Shown: positions 1 to 10,400 of the stretch, piece by piece
Layout of the letters: the number at the start of each line of letters is the position of its first letter
Numbering within the stretch: the stretch's first letter is position 1
From: a virus
Taxonomy: Duplodnaviria > Caudoviricetes
Strand: one strand, 5' to 3'
DNA: 32,168 nt
Virus record (IMG/VR): IMGVR_UViG_3300020044_001276
Coordinates: 1 to 32,168 of that record
Notes under the pieces: generated by a model
What the model saw: the letters and a program-made list of their open reading frames with translations, nothing else
Database searches by the model: none
What the model was told of the DNA's origin: nothing
Translations under genes and position numbers: made by a program

Positions 1-714
1 ATTAAATCTTTGGAACCATACGTAGCTCCTGCGCCAGAACCTATACCTCAACCAGCACCAGAGCCTACGCCAGAGCCAACACCTACTCCTGCACCCACGC
101 CTGAGCCAGTACAACCTGAGCAGTACGATCAAGACAATCAAGATGCTATAGATAAAATTGAACAAGAAGTAGCAGACGAGCAGTTTGACCAAGACAATCA
201 AGATGCTATTGATAGGTATATACGGGAGTTAATACCTGAGCCTGTGGCATTACCAAGTCCAGATGATGACTTCGTGCCAACTAATGAAATTGAAGTTCCA
301 GAAACGCCAACTACTCCTAAAACGCCTACATCGCCTAAAGCGCCAACTGCGCCGGGTAAAACCCCAACAATTTCTGCACCAGCCACTGCCGCAAAGCCAA
401 CTGCGCAACGATCAGCAGTGCAAGAGATGGTCCCCGCGCTTCTTGGTATGCCGCAGTTGGGTAACGTCTTTTATTACGGCAAAGACTTTAGCTCTCAGAA
501 GCAGCGGCTGGACCCAAGTGGTCGGTTGATACAGGAAGAGTACGACCCGTTAAGTGTTACGCAAGCAGGCGCAGAATTACAGCTTGATAAAATAGCTGGA
601 AGCAACGAAAATGACGTCCAAGCGTTAATTGAACAAATTATGGCAAGCAATGGTGGCAATATATCCCCCGAAGAACTTGCGCAGATCCTAGGACAAGGAG
701 ATATTTATGGGTGA
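1..714 (+). CDS. Pro/Glu-rich putative virion-associated protein, 5'-truncated
   Basis: Frame is open from base 1 (ATT AAA TCT TTG...); PEPTP repeats; stop overlaps the next ORF. Confidence 0.7.
   Translation: MKSLEPYVAPAPEPIPQPAPEPTPEPTPTPAPTPEPVQPEQYDQDNQDAIDKIEQEVADEQFDQDNQDAIDRYIRELIPEPVALPSPDDDFVPTNEIEVPETPTTPKTPTSPKAPTAPGKTPTISAPATAAKPTAQRSAVQEMVPALLGMPQLGNVFYYGKDFSSQKQRLDPSGRLIQEEYDPLSVTQAGAELQLDKIAGSNENDVQALIEQIMASNGGNISPEELAQILGQGDIYG
118..214 (+). repeat. Intragenic direct repeat with 60-bp period (EQYDQDNQDAID / EQFDQDNQDAID)
   Basis: caagacaatcaagatgctat occurs twice, 60 bp apart. Confidence 0.85.
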
Positions 715-1849
715 TGAAATTAATTGGGACGACTCGGGTTTTGATAGCAACGCTCTAGCTGAGCTTGACGCATATAACCGGAGCGTTGACTTTACAAACC
801 CTATCTATAGCGATTATTCGCCCGTTGATGGCAGCGATACTGATAGTGGTCCCGGTGCTCCCGGCACTTCATATACTGGCGGCGACTACCCCGGCAATGA
901 TGGTAGCGGTGGTGGTATTAATTTTAGCGGTTCGGACATTGCAAAGTTCTTTGCTAACAACCCATCCCTTGCCGGCATTGCCAAAGTACTGGGCTCTGTT
1001 GGCGCAGGTAAGTTAGCCGACAAACTTTTTGATGTGCAAAAGGGCCCCGGTGGTTACAAAGGTGGTATCCCCACACTTACTGCATCCCGCCAAATGTTGC
1101 CCATCCCGACCACTATGCAAGACGCATCTGGTAGAACGGTGGCTCGCCGACCCGGTTCTGGCGGCATTAGCTATTTCAGCCCAATGCGGTATCTTAAGCC
1201 CGGAGAAACTGCTGAACCTATAGCGCAGTCAGCTCCGGCGGGTATTGCTAATTTACCAATTGGTAACTCTCTAGGTCCTATTCAACAACCGCAACAAAGC
1301 CCCGCGCAACGGGTGGCAGAAGGTGATGCGTTTTACCAGTCGCCTGAGTACAAAGACTTCCAGAAAAGCCAAGAAGGCATGATGGGTACGATGGATATGT
1401 ACGATTCCCCATACTTTGGGTCGGTTGGTTCTGGTTCGGCAGGTCGTGCTATGGATGCGGCGTATGAAAAATACAAAGGCATTGCGCCACGCCAAAACCA
1501 AATGAGTTCAATGCCGTTTGATCTTTCTGCGCCAATGCAAGAGTATCAAGCATTTGCCGCTGGCGGCATTGCTAATTTAGGTGGCTACTCCGATGGTGGC
1601 CGACTACTTCGTGGCCCCGGTGATGGCGTGTCTGACAGCATCCCAGCTATGATCGGCAAAAAGCAACCTGCTCGGTTAGCCGACGGTGAATTTGTAATCC
1701 CAGCACGTATTGTTTCTGAACTGGGCAATGGCTCAACAGAGGCTGGTGCGCGTAAACTATACGCAATGATGGACAGAATTAAAAAGGCTCGCAGCAAGGC
1801 CAAGAACATTGCCGCCGACACTAAAGCAGACAAGCACTTACCCGCTTAA
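707..1849 (+). CDS. Putative internal virion protein with conserved GPGDGxSDSIPA...LADGEFV C-terminal domain
   Basis: SD AAGGAG upstream; the C-terminal motif is familiar from phage tape-measure/internal proteins; Gly/Ser-rich N-terminus. Confidence 0.7.
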   Translation: MGDEINWDDSGFDSNALAELDAYNRSVDFTNPIYSDYSPVDGSDTDSGPGAPGTSYTGGDYPGNDGSGGGINFSGSDIAKFFANNPSLAGIAKVLGSVGAGKLADKLFDVQKGPGGYKGGIPTLTASRQMLPIPTTMQDASGRTVARRPGSGGISYFSPMRYLKPGETAEPIAQSAPAGIANLPIGNSLGPIQQPQQSPAQRVAEGDAFYQSPEYKDFQKSQEGMMGTMDMYDSPYFGSVGSGSAGRAMDAAYEKYKGIAPRQNQMSSMPFDLSAPMQEYQAFAAGGIANLGGYSDGGRLLRGPGDGVSDSIPAMIGKKQPARLADGEFVIPARIVSELGNGSTEAGARKLYAMMDRIKKARSKAKNIAADTKADKHLPA

Positions 1850-1858
1850 GGAACGACT

Positions 1859-2794
1859 ATGGCTACTACAGCAAATATGGCAAACACTGGCGGTACTGGG
1901 GCTTCAGCGCTACCCGCAGCTGGTGGTACTTCAGAATCCACTGTCTCTAGCTGGGCTGGACCGTATGTAACTAATATGCTTGGTAGAGCCCAAGCTGTTG
2001 CCGACGAACCATACCAAGTCTACGGCGGCCCAATGACGGCTGGCGAGTCGGGTTTGCAAAGCAAGGTATTCCAAGGTTTGGGTAACTTGTCATTCCCCGG
2101 CAATTTGGGTCAGAGCTTTAGTTCAACTGGCGCATATCAAGCACCTAACTTAAACATGGGCGCATATAACACGCAGCCTATTGGTACTGGTCAACAACCC
2201 GCTAGTGGTATCGCTGGACTTCCGCAAGCGCCTCAACAACCTCAACAGCCCCAAGGCATTGCTTCGCAGTACATGAATCCGTATTTGCAGGCTGTGCTTG
2301 ACCCCCAGATGGCTGAACTGCGTCGTCAAAACGACATTACCAATATGCAAGCTAACGCTAAGTTAACTGGCGCTGGCGCGTACGGCGGTGGTCGTCAGGC
2401 AATTATGAATGCGGAAAACAATCGCAATCTAATGCAAGAGATGAACAAAACCGTTGGTCAAGGTTACGCAAGTGCGTATGACAAAGGCATGGGTCAATTT
2501 AATATTGAGCAAGGTCAAGCTAAAGACTTGGTCAACATGTTGGCGAATGCTGGCGGACAACAACGTGGCATCGAGCAAGAAGGTATCACTGCGGACTACA
2601 ATGAGTTCTTGGCGCAACGCGATGACCCAATGAAGAAAACCCAGTATTTGCAATCTATGTTGCAAGGCATACCGTATCAGACTATTACTAATAGCCCACT
2701 GCCTAAGTCTGGTATGGGTCAGTTGACTGAGATTGTTGGCAGCCTGCCCGGGTTGGAAGAAAATCTTAAAAACCTTGGCATTATTCCTAAATAA
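1859..2794 (+). CDS. Gln/Gly-rich putative internal virion (DNA ejection/pilot-like) protein
   Basis: YMNPY motif and Q/A/G-rich helical composition typical of podovirus ejection proteins; SD AAGGA. Confidence 0.6.
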   Translation: MATTANMANTGGTGASALPAAGGTSESTVSSWAGPYVTNMLGRAQAVADEPYQVYGGPMTAGESGLQSKVFQGLGNLSFPGNLGQSFSSTGAYQAPNLNMGAYNTQPIGTGQQPASGIAGLPQAPQQPQQPQGIASQYMNPYLQAVLDPQMAELRRQNDITNMQANAKLTGAGAYGGGRQAIMNAENNRNLMQEMNKTVGQGYASAYDKGMGQFNIEQGQAKDLVNMLANAGGQQRGIEQEGITADYNEFLAQRDDPMKKTQYLQSMLQGIPYQTITNSPLPKSGMGQLTEIVGSLPGLEENLKNLGIIPK

Positions 2795-2805
2795 AAGGTA
2801 GCGGT

Positions 2806-4467
2806 ATGAACTTACTTGAAGTACAAGATAGGCTTAACAAACTGCCACCTCGGCCCGAGTCTATTCAATATTTGACGGCGGCTTCCCACGGCCAAAACCC
2901 CCAAGTGCCCCCTTATATGGCACTTGCTCGTATTAGCGAGATCAATAAGCAAATGCAGACGGCGCAGAATAAGCCGCAGCCCCCTGCCGAGCCTTTGAAT
3001 CAGAGCCTACCTAAACAAGCTATGCAAAACATGGGCATCGGCGCGTTACCGCAGGGTGCTCCACAGGGTATGCCACAAGGCGCTCCACAGGGTATGCCCC
3101 AAGGTGCCCCTCAACAAGCTCCCGCACAGGGCGCTCCGCAGCAAGCTCCCCAAGCCCCTCAAGCTATGGCCGAAGGCGGTTTGGCTGGTCTGCCAGTTGA
3201 CCCTCGCATGTTTGAGTACGGCTCAGGCGGCGTTATTGCGTTTGCTAATCCAGAAGGTAAGCAGGATGTTGAAGACCCTGATGCAGAAGAAGATGACGAC
3301 GAAGAAGATGCGGATGTTGAGGTAGGTGCTGGAGCAGAAGCAAGTGCAAACTATGATCCCGTTGCCGCGCTTGAAAAGCTAAAACCCCAAATTGCAGCCG
3401 CAATGAAACAAGGTGTTCGCCCCGTGCGTTCAAGAGCCGCGATTGAAGCTGAGTTACGCAGTGCTAAAGACTACGGCGTGGATGAAGGCCCAATTGGTCA
3501 GAAGTACCTTGAGGGTCTAGGTGCGCTGGAAGAAGCTAAAGCTAATGAGCGCGGCATACAGGGTGGTGATATTGACATACGCAAGAAGCTTGCCGCTTCT
3601 AAAGGTCTTCTTGACTGGAGCGATGCTTCTCGTGGGCAAACAGGCATGGGCGGCGTTGGTGCGTTAGGTCGTAACTACATTAGCTCTACTGAACGATTCA
3701 TGAAGGAAGAGCAAGCCCTGCGCGAAGAAGCGATTAAAGATCAGTCGTTGATAAACGAGGCGCAGTACAAAGTCCAAGCCTTGCGTCAAGCACAGCGATC
3801 AGGTGATGTTAAGGCCGAGCAGAAAGCCGACGTTGATCTGGCTAAGATTGCTAAAGACTTGGGCGTGTCTAAGAACAAACTTATTCAAGCTGCTATTACT
3901 GGCAACCTTGGTGTTATTGGTAAGCAAGTCATGGCTAAGGCTCAGGTCGATGCTGCAAAAGAAAGAGCCAAAGGTAAAGGCGCTGGCGGTGCAAAGAAAC
4001 CCACTGATCTAGTAGAATCGTACCAAATTGAATTAGCCGCGCTGTTGGCTGCCGGTGAACCCGAGGATGCGTTGACACGTAAAAAAGCCATGAATGCAGC
4101 GCAGCGCAACTTAAGTAAATCGGCTGGTAGCGAACGTGCGGATGTAACTAGAATCAAAGAAGCTAACGCAGAATTTTCAGAACGTCTTTTGTATGACAGA
4201 GAAGCTAGAAAACTTAAGTCTGATCCGGAAAAATACAAAGCACGAGTAGAAGCAATCCGTAGACAGGTTGAAAAAGAATTTGGTATTTTGCCAACTACGG
4301 AAGTGCCGACAACTACAACCCCTGCCCCTGCTGCTACTCCAGCCCCCGCTCCCGCCGCCCCTGTCGCTGGACCTATCACTCCTGAAGCATTTCAGGCAAA
4401 ATGGGCTAAACTAAAACCCGGCCAAAAATTAGTTGGGCCAGACGGCGTTGAGTACACTAAAAAATAA
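2806..4467 (+). CDS. Putative internal virion protein, coiled-coil, 553 aa
   Basis: Long ORF between similar genes; PQG repeats, acidic patch, A/K/E-rich helices. Confidence 0.6.
   Translation: MNLLEVQDRLNKLPPRPESIQYLTAASHGQNPQVPPYMALARISEINKQMQTAQNKPQPPAEPLNQSLPKQAMQNMGIGALPQGAPQGMPQGAPQGMPQGAPQQAPAQGAPQQAPQAPQAMAEGGLAGLPVDPRMFEYGSGGVIAFANPEGKQDVEDPDAEEDDDEEDADVEVGAGAEASANYDPVAALEKLKPQIAAAMKQGVRPVRSRAAIEAELRSAKDYGVDEGPIGQKYLEGLGALEEAKANERGIQGGDIDIRKKLAASKGLLDWSDASRGQTGMGGVGALGRNYISSTERFMKEEQALREEAIKDQSLINEAQYKVQALRQAQRSGDVKAEQKADVDLAKIAKDLGVSKNKLIQAAITGNLGVIGKQVMAKAQVDAAKERAKGKGAGGAKKPTDLVESYQIELAALLAAGEPEDALTRKKAMNAAQRNLSKSAGSERADVTRIKEANAEFSERLLYDREARKLKSDPEKYKARVEAIRRQVEKEFGILPTTEVPTTTTPAPAATPAPAPAAPVAGPITPEAFQAKWAKLKPGQKLVGPDGVEYTKK
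3049..3165 (+). repeat. Coding tandem repeat, ~12-bp unit (PQGA/PQGM)n
   Basis: ccacagggtatgcc / caaggcgctcca units. Confidence 0.8.
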
Positions 4468-4476
4468 AGGTTGATT

Positions 4477-7400
4477 ATGGCTTGGACTCCTCCTAGCGAT
4501 GCTGTAGAAACGCAAGCATCTTCTGGCACCGCGGGTTGGACTCCTCCAAGTGACGCTGTAAAGTTAGAGGCAGCTCCAGCCGCAGTCTGGACTCCTCCTA
4601 CCGACGCAGTTAAAACCGCCCCCGCTGCCCCTGCTGGAGAACCTGACACTTACGACTACACACGCTTAACTACGCCCACAAAATATCAAAATGCGCCGAC
4701 TAAAGACGGTGAAGCGCTGATATTTAATCTTAAAAAAGGGAAGATAGCCCCCAATATTGGCAACTCTTACTATGACAAAGAAGGCAATTTAAATACTCGC
4801 GGTGGGGCACAAACCGACGAATCTTGGATTGCTGAACGCAGGGCAAATGAAGCCGCCCCTGCTAGTACTTTTGCTCGGCCCGGTGATGTTGTAGCCCCCC
4901 GCCGAACAGAATTTACTCCACCTACGCAAGTTAAACCCGTAGACGGATTCCCAACTGCGGCTCCAGCCAAAGCAACACCGCCAGTTGATTTGGGGGCCAA
5001 ACTCGCCGCACAAGAAGCCAAACGCGCTGAGTTTTCACCTCTTGAAGAGGCTAAGAAGGGTGTTGTCGGCGCGGCTACTGTTGGCATTCCAAGCTCTGTT
5101 GAACAGTTTAAGTTGGCTGGTAGCGCGGAAGTGTTGCAGAACACAATTCAGCAAATGCAATTGCTGGACAAAATTGATAAGGGTGAAATTACTTCTCCCC
5201 GCGATTTGCCGCGTGACCCACAAGTGCGTATGTACTACGCTTCTAACCCAGAGGTACGAGGTCGACTGCGTCAGTCAATCACTAACGATTTGGCTAATAA
5301 CAAAGCATTTGTAAACGCTTCTCTTGGTTTGCTTGAGCAGTACAAACAAGAAGGTCAGAAATTTAAAGGTCGCCAAGAAAAAGTACTGGAGAGCGAAAGC
5401 GCCGCAGACTTTGGTAATTGGTTGGCTAAGAACGTTGGTGCTGGCGCTGCGTATGCTGTGCCTTCTATTATTGCCGCAGTGGTAGGAAAACAGCCGGGCT
5501 TGTTTGCGTTCAGTACAGGTATGGGTTACACCGAGGCAGTCGGTAACCGCCTTGACGCAATGGCCAAAGAACTCCAACAGTTGCCCCCAGAACAAAGAGC
5601 CGCTCGTGTAGCGCAAAGGGTGCAAGAATCTGATGACGTTAACTTGGCTATTGCTATCGCTTCCGGTGCTCTGGATGCGGTGTTAGGTCCAGCAGCTTCT
5701 GTTGCTAAACAAGGCATTAAAGGCTCGATCCAAGGTATGGGTCGTAAGGGCGCGGCCAAACAGGTAGTTAAAGAACTTCCTAAGCAAGCCGGTCAAGAAT
5801 TTGTGGCGGGTAGCGGGCAAGAAGCCGCGCAGATTGCGGGTAAAGTTAAACTCGGTGAACGCGATAAATTTGCCACAGCTGAAACTGCTAGAGACATTTT
5901 TGAATCTGGCGCTTCGGAGGCTGCTGGTTCTTTAGGTACAACTGCTGGTTTAGGAGCCCTTCGCGTGGCCAGAACCCCCAGTGCTGCAGAGCCGGTTGAA
6001 GAAAAAGAAAAAGTTGAGCCGATTTTTGACGCCGATAAAGATCTTAAAAAAGCACCGGTACCACCTGCGCCCACTACGGTAGTTAAAGAAGCTGCACCTG
6101 CTGAAGTAACTCCAGTAGTACAACCTGCGCCTACCCCAGAGTTTGAAGCACTTGTAGAGAAGTACAAGAAGCGTGGCTACATGCCAGAAGATGCGGCTGT
6201 TTTGGCGCAAAACGAAATTGAAGAGTCTAAACCTAAGAAGGTTAGACCTGAAGGTGTACCTGACGTTGAGAAATGGACAGATGCTGCGCTAGCGAGTACG
6301 CTTAAATTGCAGCAATCAAAACCTGATACTGCCCCTACAATGGTTACTGCTGATACGCCCGTAGAACAGCGTTCAGCAAAAAACAAACCTTTGATTGAAG
6401 CCATTGAAGCGGAGATTGCTAACCGTGAGAAAAACAAAGGAGCAGCAAGTGTTACAGAATCTGTCAGTGAAGCAGGTGGAAAGAGCACTGCGTTATCTAC
6501 ACAATCAACCGACGACGTTTCCACCGCCGCAGGAACTAGAGACCTTGAACGAGATGGAATGGTTCTTACTAGACCGGATGCTACAGAGTCTGCTGAAGGA
6601 AAAGGAACTGAGTCCACTGCAGTAACGGATGCAGATGTAACGGACACCGTAAAGTATTTTGAAAAACGCGACGAGCTTCTTAAGCAACTTGATGCGGCAA
6701 GCGAAGAGAGCTCGGCTCTACTAGACAAACTACTTGAGCTAGATAGTGTTCGTGCGGCAGACGTTCTAGGCGCTGACGGCAAACCGTTGACTCTCGATGA
6801 AAACGGTAACTACGATTCAGACAAAGCCTATGAAGCTAGAAAAGCTTTAACAGCCGAGCGCAACAAAGCCTCAGCTAAGTTCGACGCCGTTATTAAACAA
6901 CTTGATGAACTTGATGCCGCTAGAGAAGCGGCAAAGAAAACCACTACCGAAATTAAAGGAGCCGACGTTGGCACTGAGACCACTGAAACCGTCCAAACAA
7001 CGCAAAAAGGACAAGCGGCATCAGCAGCCGGAACAGTAACCGGCAAGCCTCGTGGTCGGCCAAAGGCCGCAATCACTGAAGAGCAACGTGCGGAGAAAGA
7101 GAAAGCCCGTACCGAAAGCCGTGCTGAATATATGAAGGGCGAGCGTGCCCTGCCTAAACTCCAAGCCGATCTAGATAAAGCCAACGCGCCTATTGACGAG
7201 ACTAACATCGCCGACGATGAAGGTTTAAAGAACGCAGAAAACGAAAAGCGTACGGCTAAGCGTGATGCTATTAACGCATTGCTGGACTTGGAAGCTAAAC
7301 ATCGTGGCACTGCCTTGGGTAAACGTGTCAAAGCCGCCCTTGCTGATCGCTCAAAGATTTCCCAAAAAGAACTTGATGACGTAGTAGCTGGGCGCAAATA

Positions 7401-10400
7401 CAAGGCGCAAGAGCGCGTAAACAAAAGCTCTGCAAGTAGTGAAGAAGTTGAAGACGCAGATACGTCGTTTAATAAAGCAACCAATGCCTCGCAAGCTTTG
7501 GCAATTATTATTAAAAAGGGAACTGGCTTTCAAAAGTTCTTGGCTAAACGTCTTCGTCCGCTAGTGGCTGGCGTTAAATTTGTTGTAGTTGAAGAAACCG
7601 ACCCGCTGCCAGAACAACTCTCTCGCCACCAAGAGGCATGGGGTAACGAAAACTCTCGCGCTCGTGGTGTTTATTTTGAGAATACGGCTACGGGTGAACG
7701 TGTTATTTTTGTGCGCGGTGCTAGTGCCGGTGGTTTTCAAGGCATTAATAACACCACAGTGCTACACGAAGCACTCCATGCTGCACTGCAAAAAAAGCTT
7801 GAGCTTGCGCTCCTTGCGGTTCAACGTGGATTCTCTGGTGACGCCAAGCTGGTACGTGCGTACAACGATCTGATTGCGGTCATGAACAACGCAAGGGACG
7901 AGTACAACCGCTTGTCCAACCTAGGCCAATTGCCTACGGATATTTACTACCTAAAGACCGTGTCTGGTGTGTTTAGCAATCCACACGAGTTTGTTTCCTA
8001 CGGCATGACTGACCCCTTTTTCCAGAAGTTCTTAATGGGGGCTTATGGCTTTGAAGAAGAGACAGGTCTGTTTAACCGTTTTGTAGACGCGCTTCGTGAA
8101 ATGCTTGGCATGGCTACTGACACCGTTAATGCATTGTCAGATTTAATTGTGGTTACCGATAAGCTTATGTCGGCCAAGTTGACTCCTACAATGCGGATGA
8201 TTGTTAAGGCTGACAAAGCTAACGCAATCCGTGAAGGTCGTGGCGAAAAAGTTTCTGCGGCTAAAGCAAAGGCTAAGGCTAACGCTAAAAAGATTACCGC
8301 TGCCGAGAAAAAAATCCTGCGCAGCAAAGAAGCGCAAGAGGTCGTCAACGGTATTGACACCATGGTCAAACTGCGTGATCCACAGATTTTCTTGGACACC
8401 CTTGCGTCAATGTGGCAAGGGCTAAACGTAGCAAAACTAAAAGCGTTGATGCCTGCTATCCAAACCAACGTCTTGGTTGAGTGGGGCACTAACCTTGGTA
8501 TTACGCACATGGACAAGACATGGCGTGCCATGCAAGACATGGGTGCTATGCGTATGAAGATGCTTGGTGGCGCTTCAGATGTAGTAACCAAATGGTTGAA
8601 TGTTCAGCCCGGCATGTACGGTAAGCTCGTTAAAGGCAAGAAGAATGAACTTGCTGAGTTGTCTGCTGTAATGCACTACGCCACAGACAAGAGCATTGAC
8701 CCTGCTACAAATAAAAAAGACGCTACGCTTAACAAGATGTGGGACGGCTTGAGCGACAAAGCCAAGGAGATCTACGTCGATGTGCGTGACTATTACAAGT
8801 CTAACTTTGATTTGTACCGTCTTTTGCTAAACAACCGCATTGATGCGATGAAGATTCCCGGTGATGCCGCTAACCCCGACACACCCAAGGGCAAGCTAAT
8901 GGCTGAGATTAAGAAGATGTACGAGACAGCAAAGGGCTTGTCTCCATACTTCCCATTGATGCGTTACGGTGACTACTGGTTGCGTGTGGGCTCTGGCAAG
9001 AAAAAAGAGTTCTACATGTTTGAAAGCGTAGTCGACCGCGAGATGTTTATGCGTCAGCGCGTTCGTGATCTGCAGGCTGAAGGTGATACCCGTAGCTTGG
9101 AAGAGATGAAAGCCGATGAAGACATTGAGACCGGTAATGACTTAAAAGGTTTGCGCGACAAGAGCACGGCTAACGACACTGCGCCGTTACTTAAACAAAT
9201 CTTTGAGCTGATCGGCGAAGGCATTAGCGAAACCGATGCCGAGACGCTTAAGGATCAAATCTATCAGTTGTACTTGACCACAATGCCGGAGCAAAGTTTC
9301 CGTCGTCAGTTCATTCACCGCAAGGGTACGGCTGGTTTTTCTGGTGACGCACTGCGCAACTTCATCACGTCTTCCACCAACATGGCCAATCAGCTTGCAC
9401 GCTTAAAGTACGGCCCAATAATGCTTCGTGAAGTTGATGCGGCTAAAGAAAGTCTTAAGGGCAATCCCGAGAAAGACAAGTTGGAAATGCTTGTTAACGA
9501 ATTGGGCGAACGTGTACAGATGGAAGTCTACCCACCTGCTGTAGATTCCGTAGCGCAAGGAGCGGCTAACTTTGCAAACAAGTCGGCGTTCTTGTACTTC
9601 ATGACCTCGGTTAAGACTGCGGTTGTTCAGTTCTCTTCACTGCCTATATTTGGCGCACCTGTCCTTATATCTCGCCACAACCCTGCTCAAGTAGCCGCCG
9701 AGATGGGCAAGATGATGTTGGTCTTTAACGATGTTGGCGTTATTGATAAAGACGGTAAGTTTAGTCAGCTCTCGTTGGCTAACTCTCGTCGCGTTAAGAT
9801 GAACGCAGAAGAGCAACGGGCTATTGAAGCAATGACAGATCGTGGTGTCAGTGAGATCACGATGGCTTACGACTTGATGGATCGTCGTAGTACTCCCTCG
9901 GCTAAATACTCAGGTGCATGGAAGTCTGCAACTAACATGATGGGTGGTTTGTTCCATCACGTTGAGCGTTTAAATCGTGAAGTCATGTTCATGACCTCGT
10001 TCCGTCTGAGCCGCAAGCCCGGGCCAAATCAGTTGTCGTTTGATGATGCCGTCGACCAAGCGGTTAAGGATACTTACGATGCGCTTGGCAACTTCTCTGA
10101 ACAGAACCGTGCGCGTATGATGCGTGGGCCTCTTGGCCGTACGCTGCTGCAGTTCAAGACTTTCCCTCTTTTCGTAACCACATACTTGGCTCGTAATGGC
10201 TATCGTGCTATGGCCGGTATGGATGCGGCGGCTAAGAAGGAAGCGGCAACTCAGTTGTTTGGCACTTTGTTTATGTCGGGCCTGCTTGCTGGTTATGTCG
10301 GTATCCCCGGAATTAGCGCGGCTATGGGCGCTGTCCAAGGCATTATCAACGCAATGCGCGACGAAGAAGATGACGACCCATTAGAAGAGCGTGACCTTGA

